From: an uncultured Bacteroidales bacterium
Lineage (GTDB): Bacteria > Bacteroidota > Bacteroidia > Bacteroidales > UBA932
Assembly: GCA_900320385.1 (NCBI GenBank)
Contig: ONSD01000019.1
Span: 4,444 to 68,443 of the forward strand
Reading direction: 5' to 3'
DNA: 64,000 nt
This document shows, one piece after another, positions 9,215 through 17,802 of this stretch. The notes beneath the pieces were generated by a model. The model was given only the letters and a program-made list of their open reading frames with translations, was not told the DNA's origin and did not search any database. Made by a program: the position numbers and the translations under genes. Within the stretch, counting starts at the first letter, position 1; every line of letters begins with the position of its first letter.

Positions 9215-9838
9215 ATGAAAAAGATTATCCTTACCCTTGCCCTTGCGGCAATTGCTACCAGCGCATTCGCTCAGATCAGCGTAGGCGGCGGTTATCTCAG
9301 CTCTACCAAGACCAGCGGTGACAACGCTTTTACTGGCCAGGGTTTCTATGCAGGTGTCGACTATAACATCCATCTTGGAACTTCCGGCCTCGGTGTAGCT
9401 CCCGGCGTGTTCTACAGCAGCATCACCGATGAATCCCGGGCATCCCTTATCGGCGGAATCGCCAAGATCGAAGGCAAGACGGTCGAGCAGTTCATCAACG
9501 TTCCCGTTAACTTCAACTACGGCTTCAACTTCGTTGACGGCGCCCTCAAGCTCTCGCTCTATGCAGGTCCTACCCTGAACTATTGCATCAGCTCCAAGAC
9601 CACCCTTTCCGGCAGTGTTGCAGGCGTCGGCGGAAGCACCGATCCTACCAACAACTTCGAGGCTGACAAGGACTACAAGCCCCTCAACGTACTCGTAGGC
9701 GGCGGTGTCGCCCTTGACATCGTTGAAACCATCCGTGTCAACTTCGGTTACAACTACGGCCTTATGGACCTCCACGCAAATGAGAACATCACCCTCAAGC
9801 GCGCCGGCTGGCATGTAGGCCTCGCTCTGGTATTCTAA
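9215..9838 (+). CDS. Outer-membrane beta-barrel (porin family, small barrel) protein
   Basis: Signal peptide MKKIILTLALAAIATSAFA, amphipathic beta strands, terminal F. True start is 9215, not 8951. Confidence 0.85.
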   Translation: MKKIILTLALAAIATSAFAQISVGGGYLSSTKTSGDNAFTGQGFYAGVDYNIHLGTSGLGVAPGVFYSSITDESRASLIGGIAKIEGKTVEQFINVPVNFNYGFNFVDGALKLSLYAGPTLNYCISSKTTLSGSVAGVGGSTDPTNNFEADKDYKPLNVLVGGGVALDIVETIRVNFGYNYGLMDLHANENITLKRAGWHVGLALVF

Positions 9839-9861
9839 GAGATACCTTCTGACAGTTTTTG

Positions 9862-9893
9862 ACCTCCTTCTGCAACGGAAGGAGGTTTTTTTT
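9862..9893 (+). terminator. Rho-independent terminator
   Basis: ACCTCCTTC/GAAGGAGGT stem plus T run. Confidence 0.85.
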
Positions 9894-9927
9894 CATCTTA
9901 TAAGTCAGGAAACAACACTTACGAGAT

Positions 9928-10563
9928 ATGAAAAGATTCCTCCTAACCATCGTCATGCTCGCAGCCGCTGCAGGCGCAGCCACTGCCCAGGTTGCGGCCG
10001 GTGCCGGTTATCTGAACTCGACCACCACCACCAAGGCCGTCAACTCCACCGACGTCACATTCGACGGCTTTTATGCCGGGGCCAGCTATGGGATTCCGCT
10101 CTCAATGGGACTGGGCATCGCCCCGGGCCTGTACTACAGTTACCTCAAGACCGGTGACGGCCTGGTAATCAGCGACAATCTTTCCGGAGGCATCGAACAG
10201 ACACAGCAGTTCATTTCCATCCCGGTCAATCTGTACTACGGAACCGAAGCCACTCCGGAACTCAGGCTCAGCATCTACGGAGGCCCTGCCCTGGATTACT
10301 GCTTCTCGTACAAGACCGTATTCAGGGCCAGCGCATTCGGCGCCAAGATAGAGCATGAAGACGACAATTTCGAAACCGATCCCAACAACAAGCACTTCGA
10401 CATACTCATAGGAGGCGGCGTAGCCCTTGACGTTGCAGGGATACTGCGCGTGAGCTGCGGCTACAACTTCGGCCTGCTCGACAAGTATGCCAACGCCGGC
10501 GGCGACGACGGCATAACCGTCACCCGCAGGGGCCTCAATGTCGGACTCGCTTTCCTTTTCTAG
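9928..10563 (+). CDS. Outer-membrane beta-barrel protein, paralog of the upstream gene
   Basis: Signal peptide; shares GFYAG, APG.Y, QFI..PVN, YC.S.KT, GGGVALD and GYN.GL with 9215-9838; terminal F. Confidence 0.85.
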   Translation: MKRFLLTIVMLAAAAGAATAQVAAGAGYLNSTTTTKAVNSTDVTFDGFYAGASYGIPLSMGLGIAPGLYYSYLKTGDGLVISDNLSGGIEQTQQFISIPVNLYYGTEATPELRLSIYGGPALDYCFSYKTVFRASAFGAKIEHEDDNFETDPNNKHFDILIGGGVALDVAGILRVSCGYNFGLLDKYANAGGDDGITVTRRGLNVGLAFLF

Positions 10564-11285
10564 AAAAGCCTTTTGCCGACCGTGGCGACGAATTCCTTGA
10601 GATAGAAGGGTTCGAAATAAGCGACGTCCTCGAAGGCGCGTTTCTCCAACAGACCGAGCGCGGGACGCAACATGGAAGAAGCTTCAGGGCATTGCTGCAC
10701 GAATATCGGTGCGGCAATGCCTTTTTCTTCGGCCGCGGCCGTAATGGCAGGCCGGCACTTGTCGACACCGTCGCCTATGAAGATGACGGGACCGGCTGCG
10801 AGCTCATCGGCGAAACTGCCGGCGTCAACTACGATGGGCTTAACCTCCCCAAGGCGTACAAAGCCTTGATCATCAGTGAATTTGAATGGCGCCGCGTAGA
10901 CTTCCATGCGGCGGGCGTCTATCATGGGGATAACGGTCGTTCCGGGGACTGTCACAGGCTCCCCAAGGGCTAGCGACTGCCAGGCGAGGGTATCCAGCGT
11001 TCCCACCGACAGCAGGGGTATGCCGCCTCCGAAGCACAGTCCTTTGGCCGTGGAAGCCCCCACGCGAAGCCCGGTATACGACCCCGGGCCCTTGCTAACG
11101 CACACGGCGTCGCAGTCCTGCACCCTCCAGCCGCATTCATCAAGCATCTCCTTGACGTACACCGCCGTCATGGATGCATGGGCGCGCGGCTCAGCGCTGC
11201 GGCGGGAACAGACAATCCTGTCGCCTTCGGACAGGGCCGTCGAACAGAGGGATGTGGATGTTTCTATGAAGATTATCCTAGACAT
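10560..11285 (-). CDS. tsaB: tRNA threonylcarbamoyladenosine biosynthesis protein TsaB
   Basis: IETSTSLCS, GPGSYTGLRVG, IDARRMEVY, FEPFYLK. Start MSRIIF at 11285 overlaps the cvpA stop. Confidence 0.93.
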   Translation of the reverse strand: MSRIIFIETSTSLCSTALSEGDRIVCSRRSAEPRAHASMTAVYVKEMLDECGWRVQDCDAVCVSKGPGSYTGLRVGASTAKGLCFGGGIPLLSVGTLDTLAWQSLALGEPVTVPGTTVIPMIDARRMEVYAAPFKFTDDQGFVRLGEVKPIVVDAGSFADELAAGPVIFIGDGVDKCRPAITAAAEEKGIAAPIFVQQCPEASSMLRPALGLLEKRAFEDVAYFEPFYLKEFVATVGKRLF

Positions 11286-11784
11286 CGGCGGCAGCGTTGT
11301 TCCAGAGCGATTCGAGGAACGGGAAAACCTTCTGGGCGACGGTGCGGAGCGCACAATAGACCGGGGATGCGTCCAGCGTTTCGGGCGAGACGAGCGCAAT
11401 TTTCGAATTGAGGCTCTCGAAGAGGACGATGAGGAGCCCTATCACCAGGGCGGCCTTGAGGATGGCGAACACCACTCCGAGCATACGGTTGATGAAGTTC
11501 AGGTCCGCCATTTTGAGCATCTTGACTATGAGTCCGCCCAGGAGCTGCAGGAGCAGTATGGTCACTGTCACGATGAGCAGGAAACTCAGTATCCCCAACA
11601 GCTTCGGGTCCATCGTCACCATGGTGGACAGCCACGCGCTGGCTGGCGATGAGAATTTGAAGGCGAGCCAGGCGCCCAGGATTATAGCCACAAGTGCCAC
11701 CAGCTGCTCTACAAAGCCTTTCTGGATACCCCTGACAATGGCAGGGATGAAACAAATCAGCAAAATGATATCGAGAGTCCCCAT
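11278..11784 (-). CDS. cvpA: CvpA (colicin V production) family membrane protein
   Basis: LDII..G..KGFV, four hydrophobic helices, NRMLGVVF. Confidence 0.85.
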   Translation of the reverse strand: MGTLDIILLICFIPAIVRGIQKGFVEQLVALVAIILGAWLAFKFSSPASAWLSTMVTMDPKLLGILSFLLIVTVTILLLQLLGGLIVKMLKMADLNFINRMLGVVFAILKAALVIGLLIVLFESLNSKIALVSPETLDASPVYCALRTVAQKVFPFLESLWNNAAADV

Positions 11785-11786
11785 TC

Positions 11787-11818
11787 TTTGTAAATACGCT
11801 CAGAAATGATTATATTTG
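11787..11818 (+). promoter_or_regulatory. sigma70-type Bacteroidetes promoter for ileS
   Basis: TTTG (11787-11790), a 20-nt spacer, then TATATTTG (11811-11818). Confidence 0.7.
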
Positions 11819-11853
11819 TAGGTTAAAAAAACGCACAAAAATAGCTAAAAAAT

Positions 11854-14800
11854 ATGACATTCAAAGAATACAAGGGACTGGATTTGGTAGATGTAGGGAA
11901 CAGGGTACTGCACCATTGGCAGGAGATCCATGCCTTCGAGAAGAGCGTGGAACTGAGGCAGGGAGCACCTGAGTTCATATTCTTTGAAGGTCCGCCGTCG
12001 GCCAACGGCAAACCGGGCATCCATCATGTCATGGCGCGCTCCATCAAGGACGCCGTCTGCCGCTACAAGACGCAGACCGGTTACCAGGTGCGCCGCCGTG
12101 CAGGATGGGACACCCACGGGCTCCCCGTCGAAATAGGCGTCGAGAAGAAGCTCGGCATCCACAAGGAGGACATAGGTACGCGCATCAGCGTGGAAGAATA
12201 CAACGCCACCTGCCGTTCGGAAGTGATGAAATACACCGCCGAATGGGAGAACCTTACCGAAAGGGTCGGCTACTGGGTGGACATGAAAGACCCGTACATC
12301 ACCTATGACAACCGCTATATCGAAACCCTCTGGTATCTGCTGAAGGACATCTACGACAAGGGACTTCTCTACAAGGGATATTCGATTCAGCCTTTCAGCC
12401 CGTCCGACGGCACCGGCCTCAGCAGCCACGAGCTCAACCAGCCCGGCTGCTACAAAGACGTTACCGACACCACCTGCACCGTGCAGTTCGAGATGGTTCC
12501 GGACGATGCCCACAAGGCCCTCTTCGCCGACGGCCCCCTCTTCTTCATAGCATGGACCACCACTCCGTGGACCCTTCCCAGCAACATGGCGCTCTGCGTC
12601 GGGCCAAAGATCGACTACGTGCGCGTGAAGGCGGCCAATCCCTACAGCTCGGAGCCGGCAGTGTACCTGGTAGCCCAGGCTTTGGTAGAAACCTGGTTCG
12701 GGAAGATCCCGCACGAAGTGCTCCCCGGCATCGTCAAGGGCTCTGAACTCACCGGGCTGCATTACAAGCAGCTTATCCCCTGGTTCAAATCGGCCCAGGC
12801 GGGCAAGGCCTTCGAAGTAATAAGCGGAGACTATGTAACCACCGAGGAAGGAACCGGCATCGTGCACATCGCCGGCACCTTCGGCGCCGACGACAAGCGC
12901 GTGAGCGAGCAGAACGGGATCGCAGCCATGATGGTCCTCGACAAGGCCGGTGTACGCCAGGCCCAGGTGGACCGCGAAGGCCGCTTCTACCGCCTCGAAG
13001 ACCTCGACCCGCAGTATGTCAAGGACTGCGTCGATCCCTCTTACGCCGCGTTTGCCGGCCGTTATGTGAAGAATGCGTTCGACGACACGCTTCCCTCCGA
13101 CGCCCCCACCCTCGACGTGGACCTCTGCGTCATGCTCAAGCAGGAGGGCAAGGCCTTCAGGATACAGAAGCACGTGCACAGCTACCCCCACAGCTGGCGC
13201 ACCGACAAGCCGGTGCTCTATTATCCGCTGGACGCCTGGTTCATCAAGACTACCGCCGTCAAGGACAAGATGGTGGAACTCAACAAACAGATCAGCTGGA
13301 AGCCGGAATCCACCGGTACCGGCAGGTTCGGACAGTGGCTGGAGAACATCCAGGACTGGAACCTCAGCCGCAGCCGTTTCTGGGGCACCCCCCTGCCGAT
13401 TTGGCGTACCGAAGACGGCCGGGAGGAAATCTGCATCGGCAGCGTAAAACAGTTCTTCAACGAGATCGACAAGGCCGTGGAAGCCGGTATCATGCCGTCC
13501 AACCCGCTAAGGGACAAGGGCTTCGACCCTGAAGACATGAGCCTCGCCAACTACGACAGGATAGATCTCCACAGGCCGTATGTCGACAATATCTTCCTCG
13601 TAAGCCCCAGCGGCAAGAAGATGACCCGCGAGACCGACCTCATCGACGTATGGTTCGATTCCGGATCCATGCCCTATGCCCAGACGGGCCTGCGCGGACT
13701 CGCTTCCCCCGATTTCGGCGTAACCGCCGACTTCATCGCCGAAGGCGTCGACCAGACCCGCGGCTGGTTCTACACCCTGCATGCCATCCATACCATGGTG
13801 AGCGGGACCCCGGCTTTCAAGAGGGTAATCTCCAACGGCCTCGTGCTCGACAAGGACGGCAACAAGATGAGCAAGCGTCTCGGCAATGCCGTCGATCCTT
13901 TCCTCGAGCTGGACAAATACGGCGCGGACGCCCTCCGCTGGTACATGCTCACCAACGCCCAGCCCTGGGACAACCTCCGCTTCGACGAACTGGGAGTGGA
14001 TGAGGTGCGCCGCAAATTCTTCGGAACCCTCTACAACACATATTCCTTCTTCGCACTGTACGCCAACGTGGACGGTTTCGATCCCGCCGGCGCCAGGCAT
14101 ATCCCGTATTCCGACAGGCCGGAAATCGACCGCTGGATAATCTCCAGGCTCAACACCCTCATCGACGAGGTGCGCTCCGCCTACGAAGACTACGACATCA
14201 CCCTGGCAGGCCGCCTGATCCAGGACTTCGTGTGCGACCACGTATCCAACTGGTACGTCCGCCTCAACCGCAAGCGTTTCTGGGGCGGAGAACTCTCCGC
14301 GGACAAACTGGCCGCTTACGAAACCCTCTATGAGGTGCTCAGGGACGTTGCCGTGCTCATGGCGCCCATCGCCCCGTTCTACAGCGACCAGCTTTACAGG
14401 GACCTCGTTCCGGCGGCGGAAAGCGTACACTTCACCCTCATGCCCGAGAGCAACCATGTCCTGGTGGACAAGGACCTCGAAGAACGCATGGAACTCGCCC
14501 AGAAAGCCACTTCGCTCGTCCTAGCGCTCCGCCGCAAGGTCAACATCAAGGTGCGCCAGCCCCTCAGCAAGCTGGTTATCCCGGTGCTCTCCGACAAGGT
14601 GCGTTCCCAGTTCGAACAGGTCAAGGACCTCATACTCGGCGAAGTGAACGTCAAGGAGGCCGAATTCATTACCGATACGACCGGAATCATCACCAAGAAG
14701 ATAAAACCGAATTTCCGCTCGCTGGGAAAGAAATACGGCCCGCGAATGAAGGAAATCGCCGCCGCATTCGCTAAACTGGACCAGGCCACCATTTCCGCCA

Positions 14801-15636
14801 TACAGAGCGCCGGCAACTACAGCCTGCAACTCGACGGCGGGGCCGTGGACCTCGCTCCCGAAGACTACGAGATCAGTTCAGAGGATATGCCGGGATGGTT
14901 CGTAGCTACCGAAGGCCAGCTGACCATAGCGCTCGACGTGGAAGTCAGCGATGCACTGCGTGCCGAAGGCGTCGCCCGCGAACTCATCAACCGTATACAG
15001 AACCTGCGCAAGGACAGCGGTTTCGAACTTACCGACAAGATAGCCGTGACAATTTGTGCCGACGGTGCAGCGTATGACGAGATCGCGGCATCTTTGCAGC
15101 AGTACAAGGATTATATCTGCGCCCAGACACTTGCCCTGGCGCTCGACCTCCGCAAGGGAGGGGACGCCGGCCGCGAGGTGGACTGGGATGAAGGAACCAT
15201 CAGGATAGAAGTAAACAAAACAGATTCCATAACTATGACAGAAGAGACCAAAACCCGTTATACCGACGAAGAACTCGCCGAGTTCCGCGTCATTATCGAG
15301 GGTATGCTCGAAAAGGCAAGGGCCGAGTACGACACCCTCCGCAAGGTGGTGATGCACGGTGGCAACAATGACATCGAGGACACTTCGCCCACTTTCAAGA
15401 CCGTCGAGGACGACGGTGCCAACCAGCTTACCAAGGAGGAAGCCAGCCAGCTCGCTCAGAGGCAGTACAAGTTCATCAAGAACCTGGAAGCCGCCCTCGT
15501 ACGCATCGAGAACAAGACATACGGCATCTGCCGCGTCACCGGAAAGCTGATCCCGAAGGAGAGGCTACGCCTGGTGCCGCACGCCACCCTCACGGTAGAG
15601 GCTAAGGAGATGCTTGCAAAACAGGGCAAGAACTGA
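11854..15636 (+). CDS. ileS: Isoleucine--tRNA ligase (type 2) with in-frame C-terminal DksA/TraR-family domain
   Basis: GPPSANGKPGIHH, GWDTHGLP, WTTTPWTL, DWNLSRSRFWG, EGVDQTRGWF, KMSKR. There is no stop before the DksA-like region starting at 15235. Confidence 0.93.
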   Translation: MTFKEYKGLDLVDVGNRVLHHWQEIHAFEKSVELRQGAPEFIFFEGPPSANGKPGIHHVMARSIKDAVCRYKTQTGYQVRRRAGWDTHGLPVEIGVEKKLGIHKEDIGTRISVEEYNATCRSEVMKYTAEWENLTERVGYWVDMKDPYITYDNRYIETLWYLLKDIYDKGLLYKGYSIQPFSPSDGTGLSSHELNQPGCYKDVTDTTCTVQFEMVPDDAHKALFADGPLFFIAWTTTPWTLPSNMALCVGPKIDYVRVKAANPYSSEPAVYLVAQALVETWFGKIPHEVLPGIVKGSELTGLHYKQLIPWFKSAQAGKAFEVISGDYVTTEEGTGIVHIAGTFGADDKRVSEQNGIAAMMVLDKAGVRQAQVDREGRFYRLEDLDPQYVKDCVDPSYAAFAGRYVKNAFDDTLPSDAPTLDVDLCVMLKQEGKAFRIQKHVHSYPHSWRTDKPVLYYPLDAWFIKTTAVKDKMVELNKQISWKPESTGTGRFGQWLENIQDWNLSRSRFWGTPLPIWRTEDGREEICIGSVKQFFNEIDKAVEAGIMPSNPLRDKGFDPEDMSLANYDRIDLHRPYVDNIFLVSPSGKKMTRETDLIDVWFDSGSMPYAQTGLRGLASPDFGVTADFIAEGVDQTRGWFYTLHAIHTMVSGTPAFKRVISNGLVLDKDGNKMSKRLGNAVDPFLELDKYGADALRWYMLTNAQPWDNLRFDELGVDEVRRKFFGTLYNTYSFFALYANVDGFDPAGARHIPYSDRPEIDRWIISRLNTLIDEVRSAYEDYDITLAGRLIQDFVCDHVSNWYVRLNRKRFWGGELSADKLAAYETLYEVLRDVAVLMAPIAPFYSDQLYRDLVPAAESVHFTLMPESNHVLVDKDLEERMELAQKATSLVLALRRKVNIKVRQPLSKLVIPVLSDKVRSQFEQVKDLILGEVNVKEAEFITDTTGIITKKIKPNFRSLGKKYGPRMKEIAAAFAKLDQATISAIQSAGNYSLQLDGGAVDLAPEDYEISSEDMPGWFVATEGQLTIALDVEVSDALRAEGVARELINRIQNLRKDSGFELTDKIAVTICADGAAYDEIAASLQQYKDYICAQTLALALDLRKGGDAGREVDWDEGTIRIEVNKTDSITMTEETKTRYTDEELAEFRVIIEGMLEKARAEYDTLRKVVMHGGNNDIEDTSPTFKTVEDDGANQLTKEEASQLAQRQYKFIKNLEAALVRIENKTYGICRVTGKLIPKERLRLVPHATLTVEAKEMLAKQGKN
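15235..15636 (+). CDS. DksA/TraR-family transcription factor (in frame with ileS; may also initiate independently)
   Basis: TRYTDEELAEFR, RQYKFIKNLEAALVRIENKTYGICRVTGKLIPKERLRLVPHATL (Bacteroidetes DksA-like, single Cys); ileS-dksA-lspA order. Confidence 0.85.
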   Translation: MTEETKTRYTDEELAEFRVIIEGMLEKARAEYDTLRKVVMHGGNNDIEDTSPTFKTVEDDGANQLTKEEASQLAQRQYKFIKNLEAALVRIENKTYGICRVTGKLIPKERLRLVPHATLTVEAKEMLAKQGKN

Positions 15637-15645
15637 CGCCTTTCC

Positions 15646-16206
15646 ATGAAAATCTCGAAAGGGGCGAAACTCGTCATCCTGGGCATTCTGCTCGTGATCG
15701 TCGACCAGGTCTCCAAAGTCCTGGTCAAGACCAACATGAGTCTCGGTGAACAGATCCCGGTGCTCGGGCAATGGTTCAGGATATGCTTCATTGAGAACGA
15801 GGGCATGGCCTTCGGCATGAAACTGGGCGGGACTGTGGGAAAGTTCCTGCTGAGCCTGTTCCGCATCGTGCTCTGCGGCGCCCTCATCTGGTGGATTTCC
15901 TCCCTGAGCAAGAAACCCGGAACCCCCACGGGGGCTCTTGTAGGCCTAACCCTCATAACCGCCGGCGCCTTCGGCAACATAATCGACAGTCTCTTCTATG
16001 GTCTTATCTGGGATTATGCGCCGTTTATGTTCGGCAAGGTGGTGGACATGCTCTACTTCCCCATAATTCGCAGCGGCGAAAGGGTGTTGTTCTTCAGCCC
16101 CGTATTCAACTTTGCCGACAGCTGCGTGACCGTGGGAGCCTTCTACCTGATACTCTTCCAGTGGAGCTTCTTCGCCAAGGGCGACAAGAAGGAAGCGAAA
16201 GCATAG
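15646..16206 (+). CDS. lspA: Lipoprotein signal peptidase II
   Basis: DQVSK, NEGMAFG, GAFGNIID, VVDM, VFNFADS. Confidence 0.93.
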   Translation: MKISKGAKLVILGILLVIVDQVSKVLVKTNMSLGEQIPVLGQWFRICFIENEGMAFGMKLGGTVGKFLLSLFRIVLCGALIWWISSLSKKPGTPTGALVGLTLITAGAFGNIIDSLFYGLIWDYAPFMFGKVVDMLYFPIIRSGERVLFFSPVFNFADSCVTVGAFYLILFQWSFFAKGDKKEAKA

Positions 16207-16225
16207 GAACTCCCTCAATTACAAT

Positions 16226-16255
16226 AAAAAAGCTCCGGCGCAGGCCGGAGCTTTT
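16226..16255. terminator. Bidirectional rho-independent terminator
   Basis: AAAAA AGCTCCGGC gcag GCCGGAGCT TTT between convergent genes. Confidence 0.85.
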
Positions 16256-16274
16256 GTGTATATGGACTCTCAGG

Positions 16275-17783
16275 TCAGTCGGCCTGGGCGTACTGCTTTG
16301 CGAGCTCCTCGGGCATCTGGCCAAGGACTTCGAAGTAGGGAACTCCGTCAACCACCGTAGTACGGTAGATGGTGTCGTCCACTTTGTAGTAGTCATTGCC
16401 GTCCGAGAGGGTGACGTTGTCATAGTCGTCCGGGAGGGCCTTGATGAGGGCTCCTGCGGGAGGAACGATGACCTTGTACTGGCTGTCGCTTCCCTTGGTG
16501 AAGAAAACGCCGTCGTCGTAGTAGTACTCGGTATTGGCCGCTGCGAAACTCTGCACGAGGCCGAGTTTGTTCGCGAGCTCATACGAAGCTGCACTCTTGA
16601 GGGCGTTCAGGTCTACCGAGGGGGCAGCTGCCTGTGCCTGGGCGGCCTGAGCCGCCTGCTGGGCAGCCGCAGTAGCGTTGTTCGCTGCGATCGTGGCGTT
16701 CTGCGCCGCGATGGTCGCATTGTTCTCCGCTATGATGCGGTTCTGCTCCTGGATGGTGTCGTAGTTCCTGTCCACAACCCGGTACGTACGGTACACGTTG
16801 TTGTAGTAGGCGAAGCGGAGCACATCCAGCTCCAGGTCGTAAAGGGCTATGTCAAAGAGCACTCCGAAGGGAGGTCTGCAGATGATATAGTGTCCGAGGT
16901 AATATCTATAATATATGTCATTATAGATGAAGTAGTCGATTCCCCAGTATCTTACGCGCCTGTAATAGGGCAGGTAGCGTACACGGTATCCGAAGAAGTG
17001 CGGATCGCGGCCGAAGAAGCGGCCCGGACGGTCGTATGCCATGAAGTCCCTGTGACGGGGCGGTATACGGTCGCCGCGGTTGTCGAAGCGAACCTGTCCG
17101 GCGGGGCCGGCGGTCTGCCTGTCGTAACTGCGTCCGGCGTTGTAACCGCGGTCGGCAGCCTGGTTGTTGCCGGGCCTGGCGGCATTGCGGCTTTCGTCGC
17201 TTCTGCTCGCAGAAGCACGGCTGGAAGTGCCGCTTGCGCTGGTGCCGGAGCTGCGGGATACACCCGAGCTGGCGCGGCTGCTGGTGCTGCCCGACGAACG
17301 GCTTGCAGTTGAACCGGAGCTGCGGGTAGAATTAGCCGAAGAACCGTTGACCGTGGTGCCGCGGGTGCGGGAAGAGGAAGAATTGTTCACGACAGTGCCG
17401 GAAGAGCGGGTGGAACTGCTGCCGCTGGAGCGGCTGACGGTACCTCCGCGTGCGCGGGTGGTCGTCTGCTGGCCGTAAGAGCCGGCGGAACGGCTTACGC
17501 TGCCGCTGGAACGGGTAGAAGAACTGCTCGAACGGCTCACGCTGCCGCTGGAACGGGTGGCTGCGGATCCCGAAGAACGGGAGACCGAAGATCCCGAAGA
17601 ACGGGAGACCGAAGATCCCGAAGAACGGGTCGAACTGCCGGAAGAGCGGGAAACGCTTGTAGTTCCGCGAGAACTACTTCCACCGCCACGACTCGAACGC
17701 GACTGAGCGCTGACATCTGCCGATGAGAGAGCGAGTGCAACTGCTGCTGCAGCAGTGATCGCGATTTTGAAAATGGTTCTCAT
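16275..17783 (-). CDS. Secreted protein with long Ser/Arg/Gly low-complexity region and Tyr-rich C-terminal domains (DUF6515-like)
   Basis: Signal peptide; about 170 aa of SRSSGS-type repeats; Y-rich motifs YYYDDGVFF and VIVPPAGALIKALP; NATIAA heptads. Confidence 0.75.
   Translation of the reverse strand: MRTIFKIAITAAAAVALALSSADVSAQSRSSRGGGSSSRGTTSVSRSSGSSTRSSGSSVSRSSGSSVSRSSGSAATRSSGSVSRSSSSSTRSSGSVSRSAGSYGQQTTTRARGGTVSRSSGSSSTRSSGTVVNNSSSSRTRGTTVNGSSANSTRSSGSTASRSSGSTSSRASSGVSRSSGTSASGTSSRASASRSDESRNAARPGNNQAADRGYNAGRSYDRQTAGPAGQVRFDNRGDRIPPRHRDFMAYDRPGRFFGRDPHFFGYRVRYLPYYRRVRYWGIDYFIYNDIYYRYYLGHYIICRPPFGVLFDIALYDLELDVLRFAYYNNVYRTYRVVDRNYDTIQEQNRIIAENNATIAAQNATIAANNATAAAQQAAQAAQAQAAAPSVDLNALKSAASYELANKLGLVQSFAAANTEYYYDDGVFFTKGSDSQYKVIVPPAGALIKALPDDYDNVTLSDGNDYYKVDDTIYRTTVVDGVPYFEVLGQMPEELAKQYAQAD
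17566..17629. repeat. 24-bp in-frame tandem repeat (about 2.7 copies)
   Basis: GATCCCGAAGAACGGGAGACCGAA twice plus a partial copy; encodes SVSRSSGS on the minus strand. Confidence 0.9.
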
Positions 17784-17802
17784 ATTGCTCTGATTTTAAT
17801 GG

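Noticed and set aside
11286-11399. Extended N-termini called for tsaB (likewise def, uppS, ompH, rlmH and the LysM protein)
   Set aside because: These are ORF-finder extensions into neighbouring genes or promoters. Family-typical starts lie downstream.
15500-15600. DksA domain with only one Cys read as a decayed zinc finger
   Set aside because: The GICRVTGKLI..ERL..VPHA form is the normal Bacteroidetes variant.
17566-17629. 24-bp direct repeats as a possible CRISPR array
   Set aside because: No spacers, in frame within a low-complexity CDS, and no cas genes.
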